From: a virus
Length of the DNA stretch: 64,000 nt
Direction: 5' to 3' (one strand)
IMG/VR virus record: IMGVR_UViG_3300027833_000021
Location: 1 to 64,000 of that record
Shown here piece after piece: positions 46,792 through 55,024 of this stretch. The notes below the pieces were generated by a model. That model had not been told where the DNA came from and did not search any database. It worked only from the letters and a program-made list of their open reading frames with translations. A program made the position numbers and the translations under genes. Every line of letters begins with the position of its first letter. Position 1 is the first letter of the stretch.

Positions 46792-49020
46792 ATGGCAACA
46801 AATGTAAAAATATTATTAAGAAGAGGCAAACGTGTTGAGTTATCTGGTGAAATATTATCACCTGGAGAACTAGGTTACACGACTGACACTAACCAATTGT
46901 ATGTTGGTATAGAAGAAGCAATAAATGAAATACGCTTTGACCCTTTTGCTAATGCACATGCTACTATCCAAAACTGGCTAGATAGTGCCGACTGTCCTGT
47001 GGTAGGTTTAACAATAGACGAAGATTTAGTTGTTGCTGATATTCCAGCAGGCGAAATTGATAATATTATGACTGCGTTGAATACGTATTCCCAAACAATT
47101 GTTTTTAATAGTAACACGGCTACATTTAACTTAGGTGAACTTCTAACACAGTATAAGAAGAAATCAACGAAACTTGTCTCGCCAAATTTAATTCCAAATC
47201 TAACTTCAATCACTTCAACTTTTGCAGTTGAGGGCGAAACTATTACGGTTAGTGGTGTAACTTTATCAGCATTATTGACCACATTACAAACTAATGCGGC
47301 AATTAAAGTTGCAAACGTAGAAGTTACTTTAAATTCAAATGGTAATAAACTTGTATTCACAAAAATTGACGGTTTAGAACTAAATGTTACTTTTCCTACA
47401 GAAGCAGATGCAACTGCAATCGGTTTCATACAAAATATTAAGCCTACGAATATAGTATCATTAGTTTCAGGAACAGTGTATACAATAACATCATTAGGAA
47501 ATAACACTCTCACGTCAGTAACTGCTGGTTCATTTGTAACTGGTACAGAATATACGATATCCACTCCTGGCACTACAGACTTCACATTAATTGGTGCGGC
47601 TGATAGTAATACTAGTACGGTATTTACTGCCACAGGTCCAGGTACAGGAACGGGTAATGCTACTTACGTATCATCAAAAATCCAAGCAAACTGGGAAGCC
47701 GCTGGAGCACCAGCAATCAGAACAGCAGGTTCATTTGTAGTTGGTACTTCTTATAGAATTGTAAATCAAGGCACTACAGATTTCACTCAATTCGGTGCGG
47801 CTAATAATAACGTTGCTACAGTATTCACTGCAACAAATGTAGGTGTAGAAGAAATTAATGCAGGCTCATTTGTAGTTGGTAGACAGTATACGATTAGTAC
47901 AAAAGGAAATACAGACTTTACATTAATAGGCGCAATTAACAATAGTGTTGGTACATTATTTACAGCATCGGGCGTTGGTTCAGGTACTGGTGTTGCAAAC
48001 TATCAAGGTACTGGTACTGCATCCTCAGTTATGGTAGGAACAGTATTTACTGCAACTGGTAGCGGATTAGGAAATGGTGTTGCAACTTATGATAATGGCG
48101 CTAATACAGTAGCGGCAATTGATGGTTATGACGTTTATGCAAACGGAACAATAAAATCTGCATCAGTTAGTGGTAGTAATACTACAGTTGTGGTTGATGT
48201 TGATGAAAACTCTGATTACTTTTCTATACAACAAGAAGGCACAAATGCTAAACCTTATGCAACTGCGCCAGACAACGAAGCATTTTACTACTTCGGTACT
48301 CCTAGTACCCCTAATTATGCAACAGAAAGCCCATCAGTAGAATCAACATCAGTAACAGGTGGTACAGATACTAAGATTGGCTTGTTTGGTCATAAAAGAA
48401 GAAACGTAGAAGTTATTACTGAAGAGTCCAGAAATCAATTATTTACTAATCAACATTTAAAGTCTTATTCATCCGCAACAGGATTGCGTTCAGATTTATA
48501 TAAGAAAACGTTAAATGTCGTTGATACTACAATTAATGCAACTTCTTGTTTAGAAGGAAAGCAGTATGAAATCGTGGTAGCAGGAACAACAAACTTTACA
48601 TTAAACGGTGCAACAGACAGTACTGTTGGTACTAGATTTTATGCAAACGCAACAACTCCAGTTGGAACTGGTACTGTAAAACAAATTGGTACATTCTTAA
48701 AATATAAGAAAGCAGATTGCACATCTTTCTTCATTGATTATTCTTTGAAACAATCAGACGGCTCAAATATGTTTGTTCGTGTTGGAACAATCAGAGTTAT
48801 TAATGGCGTGCCTCAAGGTATTGCTAAAGTAAATATAACTGATGAAAACACAGAGATATGGCAAGACATAAACACCGATACTATTGTACAGGAAGACGAT
48901 GAATTTTCAAATATCGAATTTCAGACAGTAATCAATGGTGATGATTTAGAAATAAATTACACACAAGATGCAAGTAATTTCACTGAGATTAGTTATACAG
49001 TAAAAAGATGGACGATGTAA
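46792..49020 (+). CDS. Tail-fibre-like protein (Mtd-N-type N-terminus) with AGSFVVG..Y.I...G.TDFT repeats
   Basis: KILLRRG...L.PGELGYTTDT..LYVG; five ~45-aa repeat units. Confidence 0.7.
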   Translation: MATNVKILLRRGKRVELSGEILSPGELGYTTDTNQLYVGIEEAINEIRFDPFANAHATIQNWLDSADCPVVGLTIDEDLVVADIPAGEIDNIMTALNTYSQTIVFNSNTATFNLGELLTQYKKKSTKLVSPNLIPNLTSITSTFAVEGETITVSGVTLSALLTTLQTNAAIKVANVEVTLNSNGNKLVFTKIDGLELNVTFPTEADATAIGFIQNIKPTNIVSLVSGTVYTITSLGNNTLTSVTAGSFVTGTEYTISTPGTTDFTLIGAADSNTSTVFTATGPGTGTGNATYVSSKIQANWEAAGAPAIRTAGSFVVGTSYRIVNQGTTDFTQFGAANNNVATVFTATNVGVEEINAGSFVVGRQYTISTKGNTDFTLIGAINNSVGTLFTASGVGSGTGVANYQGTGTASSVMVGTVFTATGSGLGNGVATYDNGANTVAAIDGYDVYANGTIKSASVSGSNTTVVVDVDENSDYFSIQQEGTNAKPYATAPDNEAFYYFGTPSTPNYATESPSVESTSVTGGTDTKIGLFGHKRRNVEVITEESRNQLFTNQHLKSYSSATGLRSDLYKKTLNVVDTTINATSCLEGKQYEIVVAGTTNFTLNGATDSTVGTRFYANATTPVGTGTVKQIGTFLKYKKADCTSFFIDYSLKQSDGSNMFVRVGTIRVINGVPQGIAKVNITDENTEIWQDINTDTIVQEDDEFSNIEFQTVINGDDLEINYTQDASNFTEISYTVKRWTM

Positions 49021-49464
49021 ATGCGAGATAAAGCAATATTGCTTTATGAATGGCGACAATTACGATTAAAACTACAAGAAGAATTAACACAATCAACTCT
49101 ACAAGAAATCGTTAATTGGTGGAAAGCCTTTCCTTATCATAGCAATGGATTTAATTACGATGATGTGAAGACTTGGCCAGATGTATGGGAATACATCAGC
49201 GAAGAATTCTATACGAATAGTGGTAATGGATTAGGATGTTTCTATACTCTATACCACTCCTACCCAGAACATAACCCAGAAATATGGCTAATATTAGACC
49301 TTACGGAAGGCGGTGAAATATACTTAGTTGCCCATATGGACGGTTATGTTCTGAACAGATTAAATGGCAAAGTCGAAAAATATGAAGATATTAAGAACGA
49401 TATTGACATTATGGAACGAACTGTGTATAATGACATAGAACCGCACCTTAAGAATAGAAAATGA
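49021..49464 (+). CDS. Hypothetical protein
   Basis: 147 aa, adjacent to the fibre gene. Confidence 0.65.
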   Translation: MRDKAILLYEWRQLRLKLQEELTQSTLQEIVNWWKAFPYHSNGFNYDDVKTWPDVWEYISEEFYTNSGNGLGCFYTLYHSYPEHNPEIWLILDLTEGGEIYLVAHMDGYVLNRLNGKVEKYEDIKNDIDIMERTVYNDIEPHLKNRK

Positions 49465-49519
49465 TTAAGTGCGAAGTTTCTGACTAAATAAATACATATA
49501 ACAACAACGGACAAACAAA

Positions 49520-49831
49520 ATGCTAAAAGAAAATACATATCAAAGCGGTGACATTGTAACTTTATACTTACAAACAGGACAAGAAATTTTAGGTAAATTC
49601 GTGTCTGAAGATACGACTTCAACTGTTATTACTAAACCATTGACTATCGCAATGGGACCAAAAGGTGCGGCATTTCAAACATTCACTGTAACTGGTGATA
49701 GTGAGAAAGAAGTTCACTTTAAGTCAAATAAGATTATTTCAGTATTAAAGACTAGAAAAGATACGGCTGATTCATATACTCAAGCAACATCTACAATCAT
49801 AACTCCTGACAAAGGGGGCTTGATAACATAA
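49520..49831 (+). CDS. Small beta-rich (Sm-like) conserved phage protein
   Basis: GDIVTL.L.TG.EILGK...I.KP. Confidence 0.55.
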   Translation: MLKENTYQSGDIVTLYLQTGQEILGKFVSEDTTSTVITKPLTIAMGPKGAAFQTFTVTGDSEKEVHFKSNKIISVLKTRKDTADSYTQATSTIITPDKGGLIT

Positions 49832-50628
49832 TGCCACAGGCCGCTAGAACAACTGACCCTATTTCTGCCCACAATCCTTGTGGCGAAGAAAGATGTGGTG
49901 CCGGTAGTTCTGACGTTATCATTCAAAATCTACAAGCATATCGAGTTACTGACCAAACTGAACCACACGGTGTTCCAAAACCAAGAGTAGGTTGTGTTCC
50001 ACACGTTACTCAATTAGTACAAGGTTCATCAAACGTTTATATAAACTCCAGCCCTGCAGGAAGAGTAGGAGATTCTCATTCTTGTGGCGTTATAATTACA
50101 TCAGGTTCAGATAAAGTTTATATTAATGGTGGCGGTACACCAGGTGTAGAAGCAAGAGTTATAAACCATCATCCACCGGCACAAGCGTTCTCAAGTGTTC
50201 CTAATGATTTAACTGATTACATAAAGTCTAAAGAACAGTTTAGTCCAAATGCATTCTGGGACCACAAACAATATACTAATGGTTATGGAACAGAAGCATT
50301 AAGTTCTACAGAAAGTATATCAGAAGAAGAAGCAGTACGTAGATTAAACGAAGACCTAACACAACGTAGAAATTTTGTTGCTACCTATTCTGCTAATAAT
50401 AATCGCAATTGGTCTCCTGACCAAATTGATGCTCTTACTAGTTTCGTATTTAATTTAGGTACAGGTACACTTAACCAAGTAACTAATGGCGGAACTCGTA
50501 CAGATGCCGAAATCGCAGATTCTATGTTACTATATGATAAAGCAACAGTAAATGGCGTATTACAATCTCTTCCTGGACTTACTACACGTAGAACAGAAGA
50601 AAGTGATTGGTTTAAAAGAGGAATGTAA
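49831..50628 (+). CDS. PAAR spike-tip protein fused to GH24-type lysozyme
   Basis: AARTTD, AYRVTD, PAGRVGD, GS..V.IN; C-domain KEQFSPNAFWD..QYTNGYG, DALTSFVFNLG, GLTTRRTEE. Confidence 0.8.
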   Translation: MPQAARTTDPISAHNPCGEERCGAGSSDVIIQNLQAYRVTDQTEPHGVPKPRVGCVPHVTQLVQGSSNVYINSSPAGRVGDSHSCGVIITSGSDKVYINGGGTPGVEARVINHHPPAQAFSSVPNDLTDYIKSKEQFSPNAFWDHKQYTNGYGTEALSSTESISEEEAVRRLNEDLTQRRNFVATYSANNNRNWSPDQIDALTSFVFNLGTGTLNQVTNGGTRTDAEIADSMLLYDKATVNGVLQSLPGLTTRRTEESDWFKRGM

Positions 50629-50630
50629 TA

Positions 50631-52430
50631 ATGGCTAGTGAAGCAGAAATCGAAAGACTATATCAATTATTTGTAGCGAATGGTGGCGGAGCATTTTCAT
50701 TTTCTAATACAAATCTGACACCGAAACAATATTCTGAAGCAGTAAACGCCTCAAATCTAACACCATTAGAAATGGCACAGTTAGAAGCAAGGCAACATCA
50801 GTATAATAGACAAAAAGCATTAAACACAATAGCAGATGAAATTGATGCTAATACATTTACTAATCCTTATGCGGCTAGGTCAACTTATGGAAGTTCACTG
50901 TTTTCTAACTTAGGCACATCACAAGGTTCTATCAATGCAGGATTACTTGCTGGTGGTTTTAGTGGATATAGCGATGCCAATAGGGCACTAGTTGTTGCAG
51001 GAGTTTTATCAGCAACAGGTGTAGACTTAGAGAATATTATAAAAATTGCAGGATTAACTGCGTTGGGTACTACGATGTATTCATCATTAAGTAATCACAC
51101 GAATAATCAAACAGCAAACTTGCCAAAAACATTAGAAGATGCAAATTCTTTATCTAGTATGAATGCACAGTTTGGTGAACAAGGCGACCCATGTGGATTC
51201 TTCAATCAAATAATGGGAATATTAAGTGGTATATTTAATGGTACTTTAGATTTTATTGAAACAGGAATTGGTGATATAATTTCTTTGGTAAATGCAACAG
51301 GTATTCCAGCAATATTATCAAGTATCCTTTCAGCATTAACATCTGCTGGCGGCATTGTTGCGACTGGAATTGCAGGAGTAGTTGGATTGATTGCTGGTGG
51401 AATAGCAACGATTTTACAACAATTATCACCTCTAGTTGGAAAAATTATTAATGCAATTGGCGATATCACTACACAAATCGCTTCAGAGATTGCTTCTCTT
51501 GCCGATATGGCTGCCTCTCTTATAAGAAAAGCATTAGCATTACTTATTGGAAGTGCGGCAACTGACCCTTGTAAACAAAATGTATTGAAAAACACAGGTT
51601 CACCTGCCATGCAAGGTGCAATTGCTCAACTAAATCAACCATTAGGACATGGCAATCCTCATAATATACCAACAACTTTAGATGATAGAGCAAATCCAGA
51701 TGAAGTGACAAAGAAACTTACAGCGGCAAAAGCCGAAGCATTGTTAAAGGCTGGTGTACCTCAATCACCATTTACAGATGCGGCAAAAGAATATACTACA
51801 AATGATTCTGTATTACATTCTTCAGCAGAAACAACATCTGTCCGTCCAAAATCAAGACCATCGTCTAATACTACATACACAACTACAGGAGAAGCAACAT
51901 CATCTAGTAGTTTTGATGAAGAATTAATGCCAACAAGAAAAGCCGGCGAAACTATGGACGAATTTATGAAGCGTATTGGTGCAACAAGACAGGCAACAGT
52001 TGAAGAAAGAGAATCAGAAGCAATGAAGAGCCGAGAAGTAGTTTCACTACAAGTTCGAGCAATGGTAAGAGAATGGCAACCAAAACAATTAGACTATACA
52101 AGAGATTCAAGGGCATTAATGAGTAAGATGCGTTTTGCTTTGGATACTAAGAATTTTACAAACAAAACTTCACTAAAGAGTAGGTTGAAACAATTACTTG
52201 ATATTCAATACGATAACCAAGTAAGAGTAGAAAATTTAACAAATCAATATGCGGAAGCATTCAAATACTGGACTGATGGTGGTATACCAAATAAAGTAAC
52301 AGAAGCAAAACTTAGACTTCAATATAATGCTCGTATCAGACCAGCACAAACTCGTACATATAATAATGCAGTTTCTTCTAAAAATGCAGTAGAAACCGAA
52401 TGGAATAGTATTGACAGTCAGTTGTATTAA
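50631..52430 (+). CDS. Hypothetical tail-associated protein with long hydrophobic Gly/Ala/Ile region
   Basis: 599 aa; follows PAAR gene. Confidence 0.6.
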   Translation: MASEAEIERLYQLFVANGGGAFSFSNTNLTPKQYSEAVNASNLTPLEMAQLEARQHQYNRQKALNTIADEIDANTFTNPYAARSTYGSSLFSNLGTSQGSINAGLLAGGFSGYSDANRALVVAGVLSATGVDLENIIKIAGLTALGTTMYSSLSNHTNNQTANLPKTLEDANSLSSMNAQFGEQGDPCGFFNQIMGILSGIFNGTLDFIETGIGDIISLVNATGIPAILSSILSALTSAGGIVATGIAGVVGLIAGGIATILQQLSPLVGKIINAIGDITTQIASEIASLADMAASLIRKALALLIGSAATDPCKQNVLKNTGSPAMQGAIAQLNQPLGHGNPHNIPTTLDDRANPDEVTKKLTAAKAEALLKAGVPQSPFTDAAKEYTTNDSVLHSSAETTSVRPKSRPSSNTTYTTTGEATSSSSFDEELMPTRKAGETMDEFMKRIGATRQATVEERESEAMKSREVVSLQVRAMVREWQPKQLDYTRDSRALMSKMRFALDTKNFTNKTSLKSRLKQLLDIQYDNQVRVENLTNQYAEAFKYWTDGGIPNKVTEAKLRLQYNARIRPAQTRTYNNAVSSKNAVETEWNSIDSQLY

Positions 52431-52474
52431 TGTTATAATATTCAGTAAGATAATCACAAACTTTAAGATAAATA
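52411..52474 (+). promoter_or_regulatory. Tandem sigma70 promoter (52411-52439) and late box GATAAATA (52467-52474)
   Basis: TTGACA-N17-TATAAT plus octamer. Confidence 0.65.
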
Positions 52475-52503
52475 CTACAAAGTTGTAATTTTAGGAATAT
52501 ATT

Positions 52504-53217
52504 ATGAGAGTAAATGAAATAATTGGTAGTATTGAAGAAGGTGTCGATGACCCTCATATCTTTAAAGCAGTGTTTATGGCTGGTGGACCAGGAAGTGGCA
52601 AAAGTCGTATCGCAGGTTCGCCTATTCTAAAAGGTGGTGGTCTAAGACCTATCAACTCAGATGATGTCTACGAATACAAGATGAAAAAAGCAGGATTAGA
52701 TTATGGTGACCCAGATGTTATCTATTCTGACCAAGGCCAAGAAATTCGTGGTAAAGCAAAAGAAGTTACTGCTAAAAGAGAGCAGATGTACTTAGATGGC
52801 AGATTAGGTGTTATTATTGACGGAACAGGAAGAGATGTTAATAAGATATCAACATCCGTAGAAAAACTAACACAAATGGGCTATTCATGTATGATGGTTT
52901 TTGTGAATACAAGTTTAGACATTGCACAAGAAAGAAACTTGAATAGAAAAAGAACTCTAAAGCCAGAAGAAGTCGAAAGAATGTGGAACGAGGTTCAAAA
53001 CAATATGATGAAGTTTCAACAGTTGTTTGGTAAAGGAAAGTTTCAAATCGTTGACAACAACGGTGGATTAGAAGACCCAGAAAGAAAGAAAAACTTTGAC
53101 AAAGTTCAGAAGAATGTTACTGCATTTCTAAATCGACCACCTTCAAATCCTCATGCGAAAAAATGGATGCAAAATCAAAGACGATTGAAGAATGCACAAA
53201 ATCAACAAGAAAAATAG
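52504..53217 (+). CDS. P-loop kinase (Pnk/zeta-toxin/AAA_33-like)
   Basis: MAGGPGSGKS, INSDD, IIDGTG, ERNLNRKR lid. Confidence 0.75.
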   Translation: MRVNEIIGSIEEGVDDPHIFKAVFMAGGPGSGKSRIAGSPILKGGGLRPINSDDVYEYKMKKAGLDYGDPDVIYSDQGQEIRGKAKEVTAKREQMYLDGRLGVIIDGTGRDVNKISTSVEKLTQMGYSCMMVFVNTSLDIAQERNLNRKRTLKPEEVERMWNEVQNNMMKFQQLFGKGKFQIVDNNGGLEDPERKKNFDKVQKNVTAFLNRPPSNPHAKKWMQNQRRLKNAQNQQEK

Positions 53218-53224
53218 GTAAGCG

Positions 53225-54070
53225 ATGGTAATAGTAGATAAGTTGGCTGAATATAGAAAAGATATTGACTTAAATTTTATCAAAAAGACACACGTTCATT
53301 ATTGTACACCCTGTTACGCTGGACAAATTTCAGAACCATATTTTAGGTCATGGACTAAAGGTCACATGATGTTCACAAAATATGATATTCCATATACATT
53401 AACTACCTCAGCAAATGAGAGTTTAATATCACGTGCAAGATGTCATATGGTTGCATACTTCATGGCTAATCCAGAAGCAACACATATGATGTTTATCGAT
53501 GCAGATATTAATTTCGATGCTATGGATATATTGCATATGTTACAACATGATAAAGACATTATTGTTGGTGCATATCCGAAAAAACAATTAGACTGGGAAT
53601 CTATTAAAGACGCATCAGAAAGAGGATTAGATATAGGAACACTCAAAGATTGTGCGGCAAATTATGCCATAAATCCTGACTGGGATTATAACGAAGAAAC
53701 TGATACACGCAAATTGCATATCGAAGATGGAGTAGTACGGCTTAAAGATGCCGCAACAGGCTTCATGCTTATTAAACGAAGTGTTATAGAAAAAATGGTA
53801 GAAGCATATCCTGAAATGCACTTCAATAATGATTTACACTTTGAAGAAGAATTTGCTAAATGGACATACCTATTCTTTGATTGTATGCATGAAGAAGGTA
53901 CAAAGAGATACTTAAGTGAAGACTATGCATTTTGTAGAAGATGGCAAGCATTGGGTGGTGAAGTTTGGTTAGACCCACTTGTAAAACTAGACCATGTTGG
54001 TCATTATACATTTAATGGAAACATTGGCAAAATGTTCTATACTTCTTCTCCAAAGATAGAAGATTTATAA
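53225..54070 (+). CDS. GT-A fold glycosyltransferase-like protein
   Basis: ESLISRAR, MFIDADI (DxD), ATGFMLIKR, LSEDYAFC..W, L.H.G. Confidence 0.75.
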   Translation: MVIVDKLAEYRKDIDLNFIKKTHVHYCTPCYAGQISEPYFRSWTKGHMMFTKYDIPYTLTTSANESLISRARCHMVAYFMANPEATHMMFIDADINFDAMDILHMLQHDKDIIVGAYPKKQLDWESIKDASERGLDIGTLKDCAANYAINPDWDYNEETDTRKLHIEDGVVRLKDAATGFMLIKRSVIEKMVEAYPEMHFNNDLHFEEEFAKWTYLFFDCMHEEGTKRYLSEDYAFCRRWQALGGEVWLDPLVKLDHVGHYTFNGNIGKMFYTSSPKIEDL

Positions 54071-54078
54071 TATAAATA
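54071..54078 (+). promoter_or_regulatory. Late promoter TATAAATA (leaderless)
   Basis: Exact consensus; ATG starts 6 nt after last A. Confidence 0.65.
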
Positions 54079-54083
54079 GTAGC

Positions 54084-54545
54084 ATGAAAGATGCTATACA
54101 AAAATGGTTGGATGATTTTGTCACCAAACCTAATCCATTATTAAATGGATTCCCGCCTTGTCCTTATGCAAGAGCGGCAATTGTTGATTATATTGAGACT
54201 AACCATATTCGTTCAGAACTACATGATTTATTAAATAATTGGACAGATGATGTCCAAGTTGTAATCGTACACACATCTACAGATAATTACACACCAGAAC
54301 ATCTTTCCCATATAGTTGATGAGTTTAATGAAATAGCAATGAAACAAGATATTGTTGCTTTAGAAGACCATCCTAATGATGAAGAATTTGTGAATGGTGT
54401 ACATATGAACTTTGGTGAATGTATCATAGTCTTAGTACAAAGATTGAGTAAAGTAAACGAAGCAAGTACAATACTTAAGAAAAAAGGATACTATGATACA
54501 TGGAGTAAAGAAAACTTAGATGATGTCGTCAACTGGAGAGAGTGA
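54084..54545 (+). CDS. DUF1415-like protein
   Basis: W...FV......N...PCPYA, D-H-P motif. Confidence 0.55.
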   Translation: MKDAIQKWLDDFVTKPNPLLNGFPPCPYARAAIVDYIETNHIRSELHDLLNNWTDDVQVVIVHTSTDNYTPEHLSHIVDEFNEIAMKQDIVALEDHPNDEEFVNGVHMNFGECIIVLVQRLSKVNEASTILKKKGYYDTWSKENLDDVVNWRE

Positions 54546-55024
54546 TGAGTTATTCATATGCGAGGATTAATTTAGAAAAAACAAACTATAGTAAAATAGA
54601 TAATTATCAAATACTTCTTAATCCAGTTCCTAAAGAACTAGATGAGATTTACTTTACATATTGTAGGCATCATAATTTTAGTAGTGTTATGCCTATATTT
54701 GATTCTGAATACTATGATAATGATGTTATAGGATATTATGACGGAGATGTACTAGTTGCATTTTCTCTTATAACAAGATATAATGATGAGAATGCAGAGT
54801 GTTTGCAATTCGCATGGGATTATAATAAACCAAAGATGTTTTTAGGTCTTGCAAGTTTAAGAAATGAATGTGCTATGTACAAAGAATTAGGTTTTAAATA
54901 TCTTTATGTTGGTGGTGCAGATGCATATAAAAACAACATGGATGGGTTAGAAATTATGACACCCGTTTCATGGATAGATAATAGGTGGAGAATAGATGGA
55001 TTCGAAAAAGTACAAGGTAAATGA
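54542..55024 (+). CDS. Aminoacyl-tRNA-protein transferase (ATE/Bpt C-terminal)-like GNAT protein
   Basis: YYDGDVLVAFS, FAWDY..PKMFLGLASL..E....KELGFKYLYVG...YK. Confidence 0.6.
   Translation: MMSYSYARINLEKTNYSKIDNYQILLNPVPKELDEIYFTYCRHHNFSSVMPIFDSEYYDNDVIGYYDGDVLVAFSLITRYNDENAECLQFAWDYNKPKMFLGLASLRNECAMYKELGFKYLYVGGADAYKNNMDGLEIMTPVSWIDNRWRIDGFEKVQGK

Noticed and set aside
46792-49020. Diversity-generating retroelement suggested by the Mtd-like N-terminus
   Set aside because: No reverse transcriptase and no template/variable repeat pair differing at adenines is visible.
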